Origin: Minisyncoccota bacterium
GTDB taxonomy: Bacteria; Patescibacteriota; Microgenomatia; PFEM01; JAFGMK01
Length of the DNA stretch: 64,000 nucleotides
Direction: 5' to 3'
Assembly (NCBI GenBank): GCA_016927565.1
Contig: JAFGMK010000006.1
Location: forward strand, 37,942 to 101,941
The notes under the pieces were generated by a model that was given only the letters and a program-made list of their open reading frames with translations, was not told where the DNA came from and did not search any database. Each line of letters begins with the position of its first letter. Within the stretch, counting starts at the first letter, position 1. Positions 27,082-37,655 of this stretch are shown piece after piece. The position numbers and the translations under genes are program-made.

Positions 27082-28095
27082 TTATTTCTGATTCAAAGCC
27101 CGACGGATAATTCCCACCAGACTGTTAAAGTGGCATTGGTCATAATCGCTTCGGTAAAAACCGCCTTTAAACATGGGGGCTAATTTTTGCAAACTGGAAA
27201 GAACTAAACCAATCTTTAGGGCCCGATCAAACAAATCATCCTGAATCCGTTTTGATTTTTTAACTTCTTTAATTAATTTTTTTCCCAGCTTGATATTTTC
27301 CCAAGCCCGGGTATAAAAACTAGCCACATCCAAGCCCCAATCAAGAAGGGGCAAACAAGACCAATAGGCGCTTTCCCAATCAAGCAAAACCGCTCTTTTG
27401 GTCCCAAAGAAGACATTATTGGGAGCCAGGTCGCCGTGAATTAAAACGCCCGGGGCTTGTTTGGCTTTGAAGAATGATTCTTTAAACTTTTTAAAAAAAA
27501 GAATGACAGTTTGGCCATCAGATTTCAGCCAATTCAAGTCGGAAACTTCTAGAGCCGGATAAAGAGTTTCAAGGTGCTCCCGAATCCGACTTTCGACTTC
27601 GTTGATAATGACTGATTTTTGCTTATTAATCAAAAGATAGGGTTTTAGCTTAATGGGAAGGTCTGACTGTTTAATTTGCCAAAGTTGACGAAGAGCATGG
27701 CCGAGAGCAATCATCTTTTTGGGTTTAAGCGAGGAGATGTTTTCTTCCCGACAAATTAGTCCCTGATTATCTCTAAAATACTGACCAACGTACCAAAAAA
27801 GGTTTTTTATTTGGCCGGAGTCAAAGATCCGCCGGGCCAGATTACTCTCCCGGGAAAGCCATTTTTGGATTAATAATTCTTTTTGGAACCTTCGCAATAG
27901 GCCGGGCTTATCACTAAAAGCGCCTTTGAAAAATAATTTTTTACCCTCGGAATTGATAAGTGGAAAATAAACAAAGCGGGGGGTCTCTTTAGTCAAACAC
28001 CGGCGAAGCTCAATTCGATCGGGCTGCCAGCTTCTTCTTTCAGTTAAAGAAAGAATCACTTTTAATCTTTGTTGATACTCGGTTTCAGATAACAT
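27082..28095 (-). CDS. Aminoglycoside/choline kinase-like phosphotransferase
   Basis: HGDLAPNN and LDWE motifs. Confidence 0.8.
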   Translation of the reverse strand: MLSETEYQQRLKVILSLTERRSWQPDRIELRRCLTKETPRFVYFPLINSEGKKLFFKGAFSDKPGLLRRFQKELLIQKWLSRESNLARRIFDSGQIKNLFWYVGQYFRDNQGLICREENISSLKPKKMIALGHALRQLWQIKQSDLPIKLKPYLLINKQKSVIINEVESRIREHLETLYPALEVSDLNWLKSDGQTVILFFKKFKESFFKAKQAPGVLIHGDLAPNNVFFGTKRAVLLDWESAYWSCLPLLDWGLDVASFYTRAWENIKLGKKLIKEVKKSKRIQDDLFDRALKIGLVLSSLQKLAPMFKGGFYRSDYDQCHFNSLVGIIRRALNQK

Positions 28096-28114
28096 TTTTT
28101 TAAGACAAAATCTC

Positions 28115-29122
28115 CTAAACTAAAGCGGCTCTTAACATCTTGATCAGGGTATTAAAATGCCGCCGGTCATAGTCTGTTTGACAGATCCCAAACTTAAACA
28201 TCGGGGCAATTTTTTGCAGAATGGAAAAGACCAAACCAATGGTCAGGCTTTTGGGGAAAAAAGGCTCTTTTGCCCAAGGCGATTTTTTTACTTCGGCGAT
28301 TAACTCTTTTCCCAACTCAGGCCGTAACCAGGCCCGGGTGGAAAAATTAGCCACATCAATGCCCAAAGCCAAAAGGAGATTATCGGTCCAACAAACCCAT
28401 TCCCAATCAAAAATAACCAGCTTATTTTCTTTAAAAAAAACATTGTTCGGCGCCAGGTCGCCATGGACTAAAACTCCCCGGCCATTCTGAAACTTGACGA
28501 TCTCTTTTTTTAGGCTTTTAAAAAAGCCTAAGATTGCTTTTTCATCTGCCTCGCTCCAATCCAGTTTAGTTTTACCAAAAGCTCCTCTTAGGGTTATCAG
28601 ATAACGCCGCGTCTTGGTGATTAATCTTTCAAAGGTCTTAATATTTTTCGGGGCTGATGATAACTCTTTAAAAAGATTCCGGGGGATTTGACTTTGTTTA
28701 ATTTGCCACAGTTTTTTTATCTCCACCCCCAGAGCGCGCATGTGTGCCAACGTCAAAAGGGAAATATCCTCATCCAAACAAACAATACCATTCTTACCCG
28801 AATAATAAGGACCAATATACCAAAAAACCCTGCCTTCTTGGGAAAAATCAGCTACAGGCCTAACCGGCCCGCCTTGCCTGGCTAACCAAACCTGAGCTGC
28901 CATTTCCTTCCTGAGGTTGTTACCAAGAGACTGGCCGCCAATCAAACAGCCTTTATAAAAAAATTCTTTTCCGGCAGAGTCGGTGAAAGGAAAGTAAAGA
29001 AAGCGGGGCTTTTCCTTTTTAAGAACTTTATTAACTTGAGAATAATTTATCTGCCAACCTTTTTTTTGAGCTAAGTCAATCAAAAAGTCGAGGTTTTTTT
29101 GCTGATTCTTTTGGGAAAGCAT
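28115..29122 (-). CDS. Aminoglycoside/choline kinase-like phosphotransferase (paralog)
   Basis: HGDLAPNN, FDWE; colinear with 27082-28095. Confidence 0.8.
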   Translation of the reverse strand: MLSQKNQQKNLDFLIDLAQKKGWQINYSQVNKVLKKEKPRFLYFPFTDSAGKEFFYKGCLIGGQSLGNNLRKEMAAQVWLARQGGPVRPVADFSQEGRVFWYIGPYYSGKNGIVCLDEDISLLTLAHMRALGVEIKKLWQIKQSQIPRNLFKELSSAPKNIKTFERLITKTRRYLITLRGAFGKTKLDWSEADEKAILGFFKSLKKEIVKFQNGRGVLVHGDLAPNNVFFKENKLVIFDWEWVCWTDNLLLALGIDVANFSTRAWLRPELGKELIAEVKKSPWAKEPFFPKSLTIGLVFSILQKIAPMFKFGICQTDYDRRHFNTLIKMLRAALV

Positions 29123-29284
29123 CGTTTAAACTTTAATTTAATCCAGAGCCTTAGTCAAACCCTGAATACCGGCACCTTCCTCCAAGTGGAAAAATCCACG
29201 ACGGAAGTCTTAATTTTGTGCTATGATTGGGACAAAGAAGGTTATCCAGAAAGCTTGCAGGATTAACTCTTAATTAAGAACATA

Positions 29285-30010
29285 ATGATCAAAATCCGGA
29301 ATCTGACCAAAAAATTCGGGCAACTGACAGCAGTCGATAATCTTAGTTTGGAAATCAAAAAAGGAGAAATCTTTGGGCTTTTGGGACCTAACGGCGCCGG
29401 CAAAACAACAACGATCAAAATGCTTACCGGTGTTCTTCTGCCGACTTCAGGCAAGATCTTTATTGGCCCCCATAATCTGGAAATTTTTCATGTCGAGGCT
29501 AAGAGACTTATCGGCTATATTCCCGACGAGCCCTATGTTTATCCAGAGCTGACCGGCCGGGAATTTTTATACTTCATCGGCCACCTGTTTGAGACCAGAA
29601 ATCTCAAAGAAAAAATCAGGAAACTTTTGCCGATTTACGATTTTGAGAAAACCGCTGACAGTCCTTTTAAAAACTACTCCCGGGGAAACAAACAAAAGCT
29701 GACGATTTTAGCCGCTCTGCTTCATGAACCCCGGGTTTTAGTTATCGATGAGCCGATTCTGGGCCTTGATCCTTTGAGCAGTCAAAAAACAATCAAGATC
29801 TTTAAAGATTTTGCCCAGAAAGGCGGCTCGATCCTGGTTTCCACCCACACCCTCGCGATTGCCGAACAAATCTGCCACCGGATCGGTATTATTGATCAAG
29901 GCAGGCTTATCTTTGACGGAAATCTCAGAGAGCTTTCCGAGAGACTTAAAGAAAAAGGCAAGCACTTGGAAGAACTTTACCTGAAACTGACCACTAACAG
30001 CCAAAAATGA
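29285..30010 (+). CDS. ABC transporter ATP-binding protein
   Basis: GPNGAGKT, YSRGNKQK, IDEP, STH. Confidence 0.95.
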   Translation: MIKIRNLTKKFGQLTAVDNLSLEIKKGEIFGLLGPNGAGKTTTIKMLTGVLLPTSGKIFIGPHNLEIFHVEAKRLIGYIPDEPYVYPELTGREFLYFIGHLFETRNLKEKIRKLLPIYDFEKTADSPFKNYSRGNKQKLTILAALLHEPRVLVIDEPILGLDPLSSQKTIKIFKDFAQKGGSILVSTHTLAIAEQICHRIGIIDQGRLIFDGNLRELSERLKEKGKHLEELYLKLTTNSQK

Positions 30011-31659
30011 TTGACCCGGCTTTTTTTACCCTGCAAAAAAATAAATTAAAGCTGCTGCTGGCCTGGTTTAAAAACGGCAATTGGGCTCGAATTGTCGTTG
30101 CCGGCTTAACCACTGCAATTTTTATTTCACTCGCCCTGGGGGTTTTCGGGTTTGCCTATGCCGGGTTTTCCTTTTTGGGCCAATACCCGGAAGCAAGCGA
30201 GCCGATTATCGCCTATACCCTGGCAGTTACTTTCATTTTGACTTTGTCCCTGACTACTTTTTCCGCCTTTGCCACCAGCCTAACCAGTCTATTCCAGAAA
30301 GATGATAATCATCTCCTTTTAAGCCTGCCCATCAGATCAACCATTATTTTTGAATCACGACTGATTGATATTGTCCTGATCTCCAGCTGGCCTCTTCTGG
30401 TTTTTGGTTTACCCCAAACTTTGGGCTATGGCCTGGGAGTCGGGCTTGACTGGGGGTCAATTTTTATTTTTTTGTTCGGTTTTTTGACGCTGGCTCTTTT
30501 CTCAGCCCTTGCCGGAGTAATCACCGCCATGATTATCAGCCGTCTTTGGGGAAATCTAAAAAGTGCTGCTTTAAGCTGGTTCAGTTTTTTGCTCACGCCT
30601 TTTTTAGCCTGGGGACTGATCAAGATTCTTCTGCCAGCGCCTCTTTTGGTTAACTTGGAATCTCTTTCTATCCCGGAAATTGCCAGCCTGATCAAAAACC
30701 AATTCTTTCTTTATGAATTTTTACCGACTACCTGGCTGGTTAATCTCATTATCTACTGGCCCCAACAATCAAGACTGGCTCTTCAGAATTTAGCTTTAAT
30801 CTTTCTTGCCTATTTGGCGCTTCTGATTTTTGCCGCTCTGTTAAAAGACGCTTTTTACCGAAAAACCGTCAATCAAACTGCCGCCGGCAAATTTATTGCC
30901 GGCGACCGGGATCAATCCGGGAAAAAGGGGCGTTTCTTCCCCTACTTTCTTCCAGGCCGGATAGGCGCCCTGATCGAAAAAGACTGGTTAGTTATTTTCC
31001 GCTCACCCGGCCAATTTTTCCAATTGCTTTTTATTGTCTTTCTGGAGTTGATTTATTTTTTGATTGTTTCTCAAATCCCGATCGCCAGAATCCGGCAACT
31101 TTTCCCAATCTGGTATGAAAACAAAATAATGGCTTTAAACTTTTTATTTATCAGCTATTTGGCTACTGTTTTGGCAATGAAGTTTTTATTTCCGCTGATT
31201 TCCCTGGAAGGCCAAAGCAGCTGGATCATCTGGAGCGCACCCATTTCCCGAAAAAAAGTTTTTGGAGCAAAACTGATCTCTTCTTTTTTGATTATCCTAA
31301 TCTGGCTTGAAGCCTCGACTGCTCTTTCTCTTAAAACTCTTGACCTTTCTTTGAGTTCGGCTAAATCTTTTTTTCTGGCAAATCTGCCTTTAGCCCTTAC
31401 TCTAACCGCTTTAACTCTGGGAATCGGCGCAATTAAGCCTAACTTTTGGGAGAAAAATGCCGAAGTACTTTCCACCAGCCCCAGCGGCCTCACAGCCACT
31501 CTGCTTTGTCTAATTTACACCGGCCTGGTCAGTTTCTTATTATTTACCCAGAAAGAGCTTAACTTTAATTTTCAGGCAATAATCTGGCTGATTAGCTTGT
31601 TATTGATCATTCCGATCCTTTTTGAAGCCAGCCGAAGAATCCAACACCACGAAACCTAG
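30007..31659 (+). CDS. ABC exporter permease
   Basis: Multi-TM; LLSLPI, FPLISLEG..W...SAP; overlaps the ATPase stop. Confidence 0.85.
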   Translation: MIDPAFFTLQKNKLKLLLAWFKNGNWARIVVAGLTTAIFISLALGVFGFAYAGFSFLGQYPEASEPIIAYTLAVTFILTLSLTTFSAFATSLTSLFQKDDNHLLLSLPIRSTIIFESRLIDIVLISSWPLLVFGLPQTLGYGLGVGLDWGSIFIFLFGFLTLALFSALAGVITAMIISRLWGNLKSAALSWFSFLLTPFLAWGLIKILLPAPLLVNLESLSIPEIASLIKNQFFLYEFLPTTWLVNLIIYWPQQSRLALQNLALIFLAYLALLIFAALLKDAFYRKTVNQTAAGKFIAGDRDQSGKKGRFFPYFLPGRIGALIEKDWLVIFRSPGQFFQLLFIVFLELIYFLIVSQIPIARIRQLFPIWYENKIMALNFLFISYLATVLAMKFLFPLISLEGQSSWIIWSAPISRKKVFGAKLISSFLIILIWLEASTALSLKTLDLSLSSAKSFFLANLPLALTLTALTLGIGAIKPNFWEKNAEVLSTSPSGLTATLLCLIYTGLVSFLLFTQKELNFNFQAIIWLISLLLIIPILFEASRRIQHHET

Positions 31660-32041
31660 AAAGACAGCAATTTCCCAAGCGCTATACCTGTTGCGCCCGG
31701 AAGGCGGTATTAGTCTGTTTGCTTTCATTTTTTAATTCCTGATTTAAAATTGAGGGTAAAATAAGCCATCTGATCAGTAATTTCCTCACCAGCCACAGAA
31801 TAGCTCATCGCCACTCGAAGATAAACAGCCGTCGGTTGAGTTTGATAAGGGGCGTCTAAGCAAGGCGCGCTACTCCTCACCAGGATAAAGTTCTTTAAGC
31901 CTGTCCAAGTATGCTCGGGATAATTCTCCTTGCTGAAAAGCCGCCTCCGGATTAAACTCCAGGAAATACCCTGAAGGCAAAAATTAGACTAATAGATTCT
32001 TAAAAAAGGAATTTCCGGGTAAGCCCAAGGCATATAACTTT

Positions 32042-34234
32042 TCAATAAAGGTCAGCAAACAAAACAGCGCCGCGGGGATAAAAACCCAAAGTGATCTGAG
32101 GCGGATAAAGCGGCTCTTTAAAATAATAGCCATCAGCCCAAGCCTGGGGATTGTCCAAAAGTAAAGGGAAAAAAATATCCTCCGCCTGACCGGAAAAGTC
32201 AAAAAGTTTTTGGGAAATAAAGTCGGCCATAAGGCTATGGGAAACCCACCCTAAGCCCAAATCCTGATATTGGGTTAGCTTGAGGCCAATGAGAGTTCCA
32301 TTTTCATCTTTGGCTAAACTTTTTTGATAGGCCTGAGGATAAGCTTGGCGCAGAAGAGAAACAACATTGTCTAAAGCGGGGTGCTTAAGACCGGTCAGGG
32401 CCGGGTAAAAAAGCCCGGTTATGATAGCAAAACCCTGCTCCTCAATTCCGGAAATTGTCTTGTTTTCAAAAGCTATTTTTTCCTTGAACTCGGAATCAAG
32501 CGAAAGCGGAATCAGGCCGTATTTTTCAAAAGCGGCCTCCAGAGACCGGCTAATCAGTTCTGCCTGTTCACTAGCAGTCTGATAAAAATCTTCCCGATTA
32601 AAGGTTTTGAAAATTTCAAGCGCCGAAGTATAGGCCGCCAGTTGTTTTATACCCAGATAACTGCTGTCAGGGCCCTGTTTCAGGGCAGCGTTTCCGTCAT
32701 TATCATAAGTGGTTATTCCGATTCCCTCATCGGCAATGCCGTTATTATTAGTGTCTCTTTTAGCCAGAGAAACAATCAGCTCATTTAAAAAAGGCAATAA
32801 TTCCTTAATAAAATCCTGATCCTGAGATTGGCGCCAATACCAGAAAGTCAAAAGGATAAAATTACTGTTCTCTTCCACAGGCATGCCCGAGGTTTCCCAG
32901 CCCGGAATGCCGTATGCTTGAGTGTTTTTAAGCCGGAAACGGGAACCCAGATCATGAGGAATCACCACTCCCCAATCATCTTTTTTGGCCGCTTGCTGCC
33001 AGGAGTTTAGCTCTGACTTTAAAACCCAGGGGAAAAATAACCCTTCCAGAACAGCATAGTCATGAGCCACATCCAAAGTATTCAAATACTTAAAATGGCC
33101 TTCCCAGACAAACCAGTCAAAATCCGGGCAATCAGCCTCTTCGCAAACCAACCAAGTGTTGCCCAGATATGAATGAAAGGCTTGGGCCAACAGCCATTTC
33201 CGGCGGGGAGAAATTATCTGCCGGCCGACTTTGTTTTCGAAATTGATTGTCTTCGCTAAAATTTCTTCCTCCTCAACAACAGCAAAGCGGATCACCTCAT
33301 CAAGGTCGCCGAACCAACGATGATAGGCAAAAGTAAAGAGACGATGGACCGGATCGTCTTGGGTCAGAACCTTCCCGTCTAAAAAACCGGCATAAACCAG
33401 TCTAAGAGTGTCCGTTTCTCCGGGTTCAAGCTCAATCAACCATTCGAAACCGCCGCGCTTATTGGCAATAAAGGGTTTTATCTGATCCTGGTTAGACAAA
33501 ACAACCAAAGCCCGCCGGCCCTCCTTTCTTACCCCGTCCCGAAAGTAAACAGCTTTCAAACCGCCAGACAAACCTGCCTCTGTTGCCTGACTGAAGGAAG
33601 TTTTAAGACCTGCTGACTGCTTCTGAGCGGTTTTATTAGTCAAAGAAATCTGCAAATAAAAAAAGGGGGCAACATTCATTTTATTAGCCTCGTCCTGAAA
33701 AGATTCGGTCGGAGAAAAGGGAGAGATAATCTTTAGGCTAACCAGAGCGTCTTGACTGACAAAATCCGTCTGCTGGTAAGTCAAGCCCAAATCAACTGAA
33801 GTCACTGCAAACCGGCTGTTAGGCAAAATCGGAAAGAGTCGGACAGTCTCTTTTTCGTTTCTCAAGCTGAGGTCAAAACCAGTCTCTTTATCTTCAAAAG
33901 TTCCCAAAATGCCTGAATTTATCTTATTTTCAGAAAACAACCAATCAAAATTAAAACGCGAGCCAAAACGAGAATTCATTATCGCCAGGCAATTAGGCCG
34001 GGCTTGAATCCTGCCGTCAGCTAAGAATAAATTTTCGGGGTTTACCCGTTGAGGACAGACTGACGAAGCAATATCAAGAGGGAAACTGGAAAGAGTCAAG
34101 CAGGAAGGAATTTGGGCTGATTTTTTATATCTTATAAAAACTATGCCAAAAAGAATTGCCAAACCGGAAAAAAGCAAACCTAAAATGACGGCTATTTTCT
34201 GGATTCTTTCTTGATTTTCCGGCCAAAATTTCAT
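32042..34234 (-). CDS. Membrane-anchored six-hairpin glycosidase-like protein (DUF4965/GtaA or GH52-like)
   Basis: WEG..YLNTLDV, HDLG, MPVEENSN, TTYD, LGIK motifs; N-terminal TM; start at MKFWP (34234). Confidence 0.6.
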   Translation of the reverse strand: MKFWPENQERIQKIAVILGLLFSGLAILFGIVFIRYKKSAQIPSCLTLSSFPLDIASSVCPQRVNPENLFLADGRIQARPNCLAIMNSRFGSRFNFDWLFSENKINSGILGTFEDKETGFDLSLRNEKETVRLFPILPNSRFAVTSVDLGLTYQQTDFVSQDALVSLKIISPFSPTESFQDEANKMNVAPFFYLQISLTNKTAQKQSAGLKTSFSQATEAGLSGGLKAVYFRDGVRKEGRRALVVLSNQDQIKPFIANKRGGFEWLIELEPGETDTLRLVYAGFLDGKVLTQDDPVHRLFTFAYHRWFGDLDEVIRFAVVEEEEILAKTINFENKVGRQIISPRRKWLLAQAFHSYLGNTWLVCEEADCPDFDWFVWEGHFKYLNTLDVAHDYAVLEGLFFPWVLKSELNSWQQAAKKDDWGVVIPHDLGSRFRLKNTQAYGIPGWETSGMPVEENSNFILLTFWYWRQSQDQDFIKELLPFLNELIVSLAKRDTNNNGIADEGIGITTYDNDGNAALKQGPDSSYLGIKQLAAYTSALEIFKTFNREDFYQTASEQAELISRSLEAAFEKYGLIPLSLDSEFKEKIAFENKTISGIEEQGFAIITGLFYPALTGLKHPALDNVVSLLRQAYPQAYQKSLAKDENGTLIGLKLTQYQDLGLGWVSHSLMADFISQKLFDFSGQAEDIFFPLLLDNPQAWADGYYFKEPLYPPQITLGFYPRGAVLFADLY

Positions 34235-34313
34235 AAACGGTGCTTTTTTAAAAAAAAGACTAAAAGGCCTCACGAGCCCCTTAGTCTTTTTTAAATTACA
34301 AAAACTTTTTATC

Positions 34314-34736
34314 TTATCGGGTGATTGTAATCGTTGCCAGCTCACCAGTGGCGCTAGCTGTCAACCTCCCGTCAGCTTCCTCAAACAAAACATAACCGGT
34401 GGTAGCAGCGGTTCCGCTACTCGGATCCATAGGAATAGCCGGAATAAAGTCAGTCACCAGCTCGCCTTCCAAATTCAAGCCATCGGTACCGATATCTTGA
34501 GGAGCAGTCGTAATTCCGGTGGGAAAACTACCATCATTCGAAACAGCAAATTGGTGACAAGCATTCAAGACCTGATAAATATCATTTCGGCGCTGAGTGT
34601 CTCTGGCCTGGGCAAAATTCCGGGCCGGATTAACGGCAACCAGAACAATCGCCGCCAAAATACCGATAACGCCGATCACTACCAGAAGTTCGATTAGAGT
34701 GAAGCCCCTAATTTTTTTCACTTTGGGCAGTTTCAT
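34314..34736 (-). CDS. Type IV pilin (probable major pilin)
   Basis: RG/FTLIELLVVIGVIGILAAIV, ARD..R..D, IP.DP; strong SD. Confidence 0.9.
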   Translation of the reverse strand: MKLPKVKKIRGFTLIELLVVIGVIGILAAIVLVAVNPARNFAQARDTQRRNDIYQVLNACHQFAVSNDGSFPTGITTAPQDIGTDGLNLEGELVTDFIPAIPMDPSSGTAATTGYVLFEEADGRLTASATGELATITITR

Positions 34737-34849
34737 TTTTTCACCCCCCTTCTTTTTTGAGAAATTATTTTTTGATTCCGAATATGATCTCAGCTTAGCA
34801 GAGAAATAAGAAACTTGTCAATAAGCCTCTTTTCTCTGTGTTTACTCAG

Positions 34850-34916
34850 TTTCTTTAATAAATCGCGGCCATTCGATCCCGGATCGAAATCTGCAGTCCA
34901 TCCGGAACCGTTGTTC
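34850..34916 (-). repeat. Palindromic MITE/REP-like element, copy B
   Basis: Reverse complement AACGGTTCCGGATGGACTGCAGATTTCGATCCGGGATCG...TTAAAGAA. Confidence 0.8.
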
Positions 34917-34963
34917 TCGTCAAAAAGTGTGAGCAGCTGCCTTTTCTCTTTATTCTTTTCAGC

Positions 34964-35173
34964 TTATTCACTCGAATAGCCCAAAGCCCGGGCCGCTCTT
35001 TTAACTGAATCAACATCCAAATAAGGCCGATTGGCTTCAACTAACACCGGATTGACTCTGAAAGCCTGAGACAAACGGTCATAGATATTTTTTCCGGAAA
35101 AGACAAAACCGCCCAAAAGAACCAGAATCAGCAGTAATTTTATTAAATTGGCAGCCTTGATTCCTTTCATCAA
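34964..35173 (-). CDS. Small single-TM protein of the pilus operon
   Basis: Overlaps the pilO-like stop; one TM. Confidence 0.6.
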   Translation of the reverse strand: MMKGIKAANLIKLLLILVLLGGFVFSGKNIYDRLSQAFRVNPVLVEANRPYLDVDSVKRAARALGYSSE

Positions 35174-35754
35174 CTTTCCCCCTGAAAAAAAGGAGTATTA
35201 ACAAAAATTCTGGCATGCAAAATCATTTCCGTCTCTTCCTGATCGGTTTTGGAAAAATCAATCAGGCTTAACTTCAATAAGTAGGGAAGTCCGGCCAAAT
35301 CAGTCAAAAACCTTCGGAGATTGGCAAAACCACCCTTCGCCTCAAGAGAAAAATCAATGTAGGAACGGCCCAACTCATCAAGAATCGGCTGATCAGTCGC
35401 AAACTGAAATACACTCAAGGAAACATCCCGGCTGATTCCCTTGAGCTCTTTAACAAAACGGACAATTCCGGCCTCGTCAGGTAATGAGTTTTCAATTATT
35501 TCAGTTTCTTCCGCAACCAGGCTAAAATTTTGAGAAATCACTTTCAGACTGGTTTCCTGTTCTTTAAGAGCAATCAGCTGACTCCGGCTTATTTCAGCTT
35601 GACTGCCGAAAGAAGACAACCGGCCAATCAGCCAGAAAGTTCCGCCTAAAAAAAGGGCGGAAAAGAATACTGCCAGCGAAAGATGAAGCCAGGGATAAAA
35701 TTGATGCTGTTTTTTGGAAACCGCTTTGATTTTTTTGTTTTTTTCCTTCTCCAT
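35170..35754 (-). CDS. pilO: PilO-like pilus assembly protein
   Basis: TM + coiled coil + SLP...GGFANLRRFL..L..LP pattern; position after pilM. Confidence 0.7.
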   Translation of the reverse strand: MEKEKNKKIKAVSKKQHQFYPWLHLSLAVFFSALFLGGTFWLIGRLSSFGSQAEISRSQLIALKEQETSLKVISQNFSLVAEETEIIENSLPDEAGIVRFVKELKGISRDVSLSVFQFATDQPILDELGRSYIDFSLEAKGGFANLRRFLTDLAGLPYLLKLSLIDFSKTDQEETEMILHARIFVNTPFFQGES

Positions 35755-35764
35755 TAGTAGAAAA

Positions 35765-37171
35765 TTATTTTATCGCCAAAAAAGAAATTGTAAAACTGAT
35801 GCTTTCTTCCTTTTCCAAACTTGAAAGCGGAATTCTCACCTGAGAAAGTTGACCCGTCTGTTCAAGCCTTTGTCTGAAATTGATCAACTGATCTTGATGA
35901 TCGGCAAAACCATTAATCAGGTATTCTCCTCTGGTAAAATCTATTGACCAATGCTGAAGATCAATTCCGGCGGGGGCGGCCGATTTAACCACTTCAATCA
36001 AAGGAAGCAATTCCTGCTGAGAAGCAGTCAATGCCAAAATCTGGCTAGCCTTGATATTGATCATTTTGGCCCGGACAGCAAGCTGATCCATTTGAGGAGT
36101 CAAAAGGGCCTGGACTTCAATCAATTCCCCTTTGATTTTCTGAAGTTCAAAATAAACTTTGGCAGTAGCAACGCCAAAACTAAAAAGGATTAAAAAAAGC
36201 CCGAAAAGCCAAAGCTTAACCCAGTTAGAAAGGATCCGGCTTTTTTCATTCCGGTCATAAACTCCTTGAATTCGGGGAGGGATCAGATTAATTGTTTTCT
36301 CATCAAGCGGAGCGGCAACGTCTTTCCTGGACAAAGAAACGGTAATGGCCAATTCTGCCGGCTTAATCGGAATCAAACCGGCTTTGATTTGAAACTTTTG
36401 CGAAACTTCGGCCGCCAAAGTTTCGCTCGATCCCTGACCGCAGAACAGAATACCGGCAATCCGGGTTTTCTTTTTGGCCTGAACTTGTTTTTTTTGATAA
36501 AAGGCTAACAAGTCCTGAATACTGGTTAAAAGCTTTCCCTGCTTGTCTTGAGAACCAAAATTAATGGTTGAACTAAGTTTTATCTCTCCTCGAGGGCCGA
36601 CGATTACTAAAGTAGCTTCACCTTCATCAACTTTAATCGCCAAACGATCATCTTTGCTCTTTCCCGTTAACCGCGCCAAACTCAAAGAAGTGGGTTCAAA
36701 AGCAACCGGTTCAAAACCCAAAAACTCCAATACTTGAGCATATCCCTCAACCAATTTGGCTGGCAAAGCCATAACTAAAACCTGGCTGGATTTCCTATCC
36801 TGCTCTAAAAGCATCCAATCGAGATAAACGGCCTCCAGCGATAAAGGCAACAAAGGTTCGGACTGCCAACGGACCGCGTCATCAAGCTCAGCCGGAGAAA
36901 GAGGCGGCAAACTAAGAACCCGGCTAAAAGCCGCCACTTCCGGTAAACCGACAACCACAAATTTACTTTTTAATTTTTTAATAAAAAGAAACTTCTTAAG
37001 ATATGTTAAAAGCTCTTTTGGTTTTTTTACCCATCCCCTGACAATTATTCCCGGTGCCAAAGCCAGGCTGGAAGCAATTACCGGCTGGCCTTTTTGATCA
37101 GCCTGAACCAAAAAAACCTTTTGGTCAGAAAAAGTCAGGGCAAAGTAGTTTTTTTTCCGTTTAAAAAGCAT
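35765..37171 (-). CDS. pilM: PilM-PilN fusion protein
   Basis: Actin-like PilM (VVVGLPE, LPL...YLDW, AFEP.SLSLAR, CGQG), then INLIP + TM + PilN-like tail. Confidence 0.8.
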   Translation of the reverse strand: MLFKRKKNYFALTFSDQKVFLVQADQKGQPVIASSLALAPGIIVRGWVKKPKELLTYLKKFLFIKKLKSKFVVVGLPEVAAFSRVLSLPPLSPAELDDAVRWQSEPLLPLSLEAVYLDWMLLEQDRKSSQVLVMALPAKLVEGYAQVLEFLGFEPVAFEPTSLSLARLTGKSKDDRLAIKVDEGEATLVIVGPRGEIKLSSTINFGSQDKQGKLLTSIQDLLAFYQKKQVQAKKKTRIAGILFCGQGSSETLAAEVSQKFQIKAGLIPIKPAELAITVSLSRKDVAAPLDEKTINLIPPRIQGVYDRNEKSRILSNWVKLWLFGLFLILFSFGVATAKVYFELQKIKGELIEVQALLTPQMDQLAVRAKMINIKASQILALTASQQELLPLIEVVKSAAPAGIDLQHWSIDFTRGEYLINGFADHQDQLINFRQRLEQTGQLSQVRIPLSSLEKEESISFTISFLAIK

Positions 37172-37185
37172 GGGCAGAATCTATT

Positions 37186-37647
37186 TCATTCTATCTCCCG
37201 GACATGGTTGACTTCCATAATCCCGTCAACAAAATTTACCTCGGCTTGGATCTTTTTTACCTGAGACCCGTTATCGCAGTTGGCAACAATTATGTCCGGC
37301 GTTCCGGCGTTAACAGTTATTGTACACAAGCTTTCGCCAATCTGTAAACTCTCGCCATCATAAGCCGGATTTCTCAGGAGACGCAAAAGGCTGTTTTCAA
37401 GCGCCGATTCGGTTTCGTAAAAGATAATCAAACCCTCACAGGAATAACGGTCAATTAGATTTTGGCTAATTGCCAATTCTATTGCCGCCGTTCCCAATCC
37501 CAGAACAATCAGAATGACAATCAAAAGAGGAATTAAGGCCTGGCCGCGGATTTCACCTGATCTTCTTTCAGTTCGACAGCCTGATCTGCCGCCTCCCTCA
37601 AAGGAAGAGGATCGATCAGGGATACTGCTTAATTTGTAATTTAACAT
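37186..37647 (-). CDS. PilX-like minor pilin
   Basis: RG/QALIPLL hydrophobic helix, ESALENSLLRLLRNP; long basic leader. Confidence 0.7.
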   Translation of the reverse strand: MLNYKLSSIPDRSSSFEGGGRSGCRTERRSGEIRGQALIPLLIVILIVLGLGTAAIELAISQNLIDRYSCEGLIIFYETESALENSLLRLLRNPAYDGESLQIGESLCTITVNAGTPDIIVANCDNGSQVKKIQAEVNFVDGIMEVNHVREIE

Positions 37648-37655
37648 CAGTGAAT

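Noticed and set aside
31725-31985. Possible frameshifted gene remnant on the minus strand
   Set aside because: Two short protein-like frames with no recognisable family or clear start
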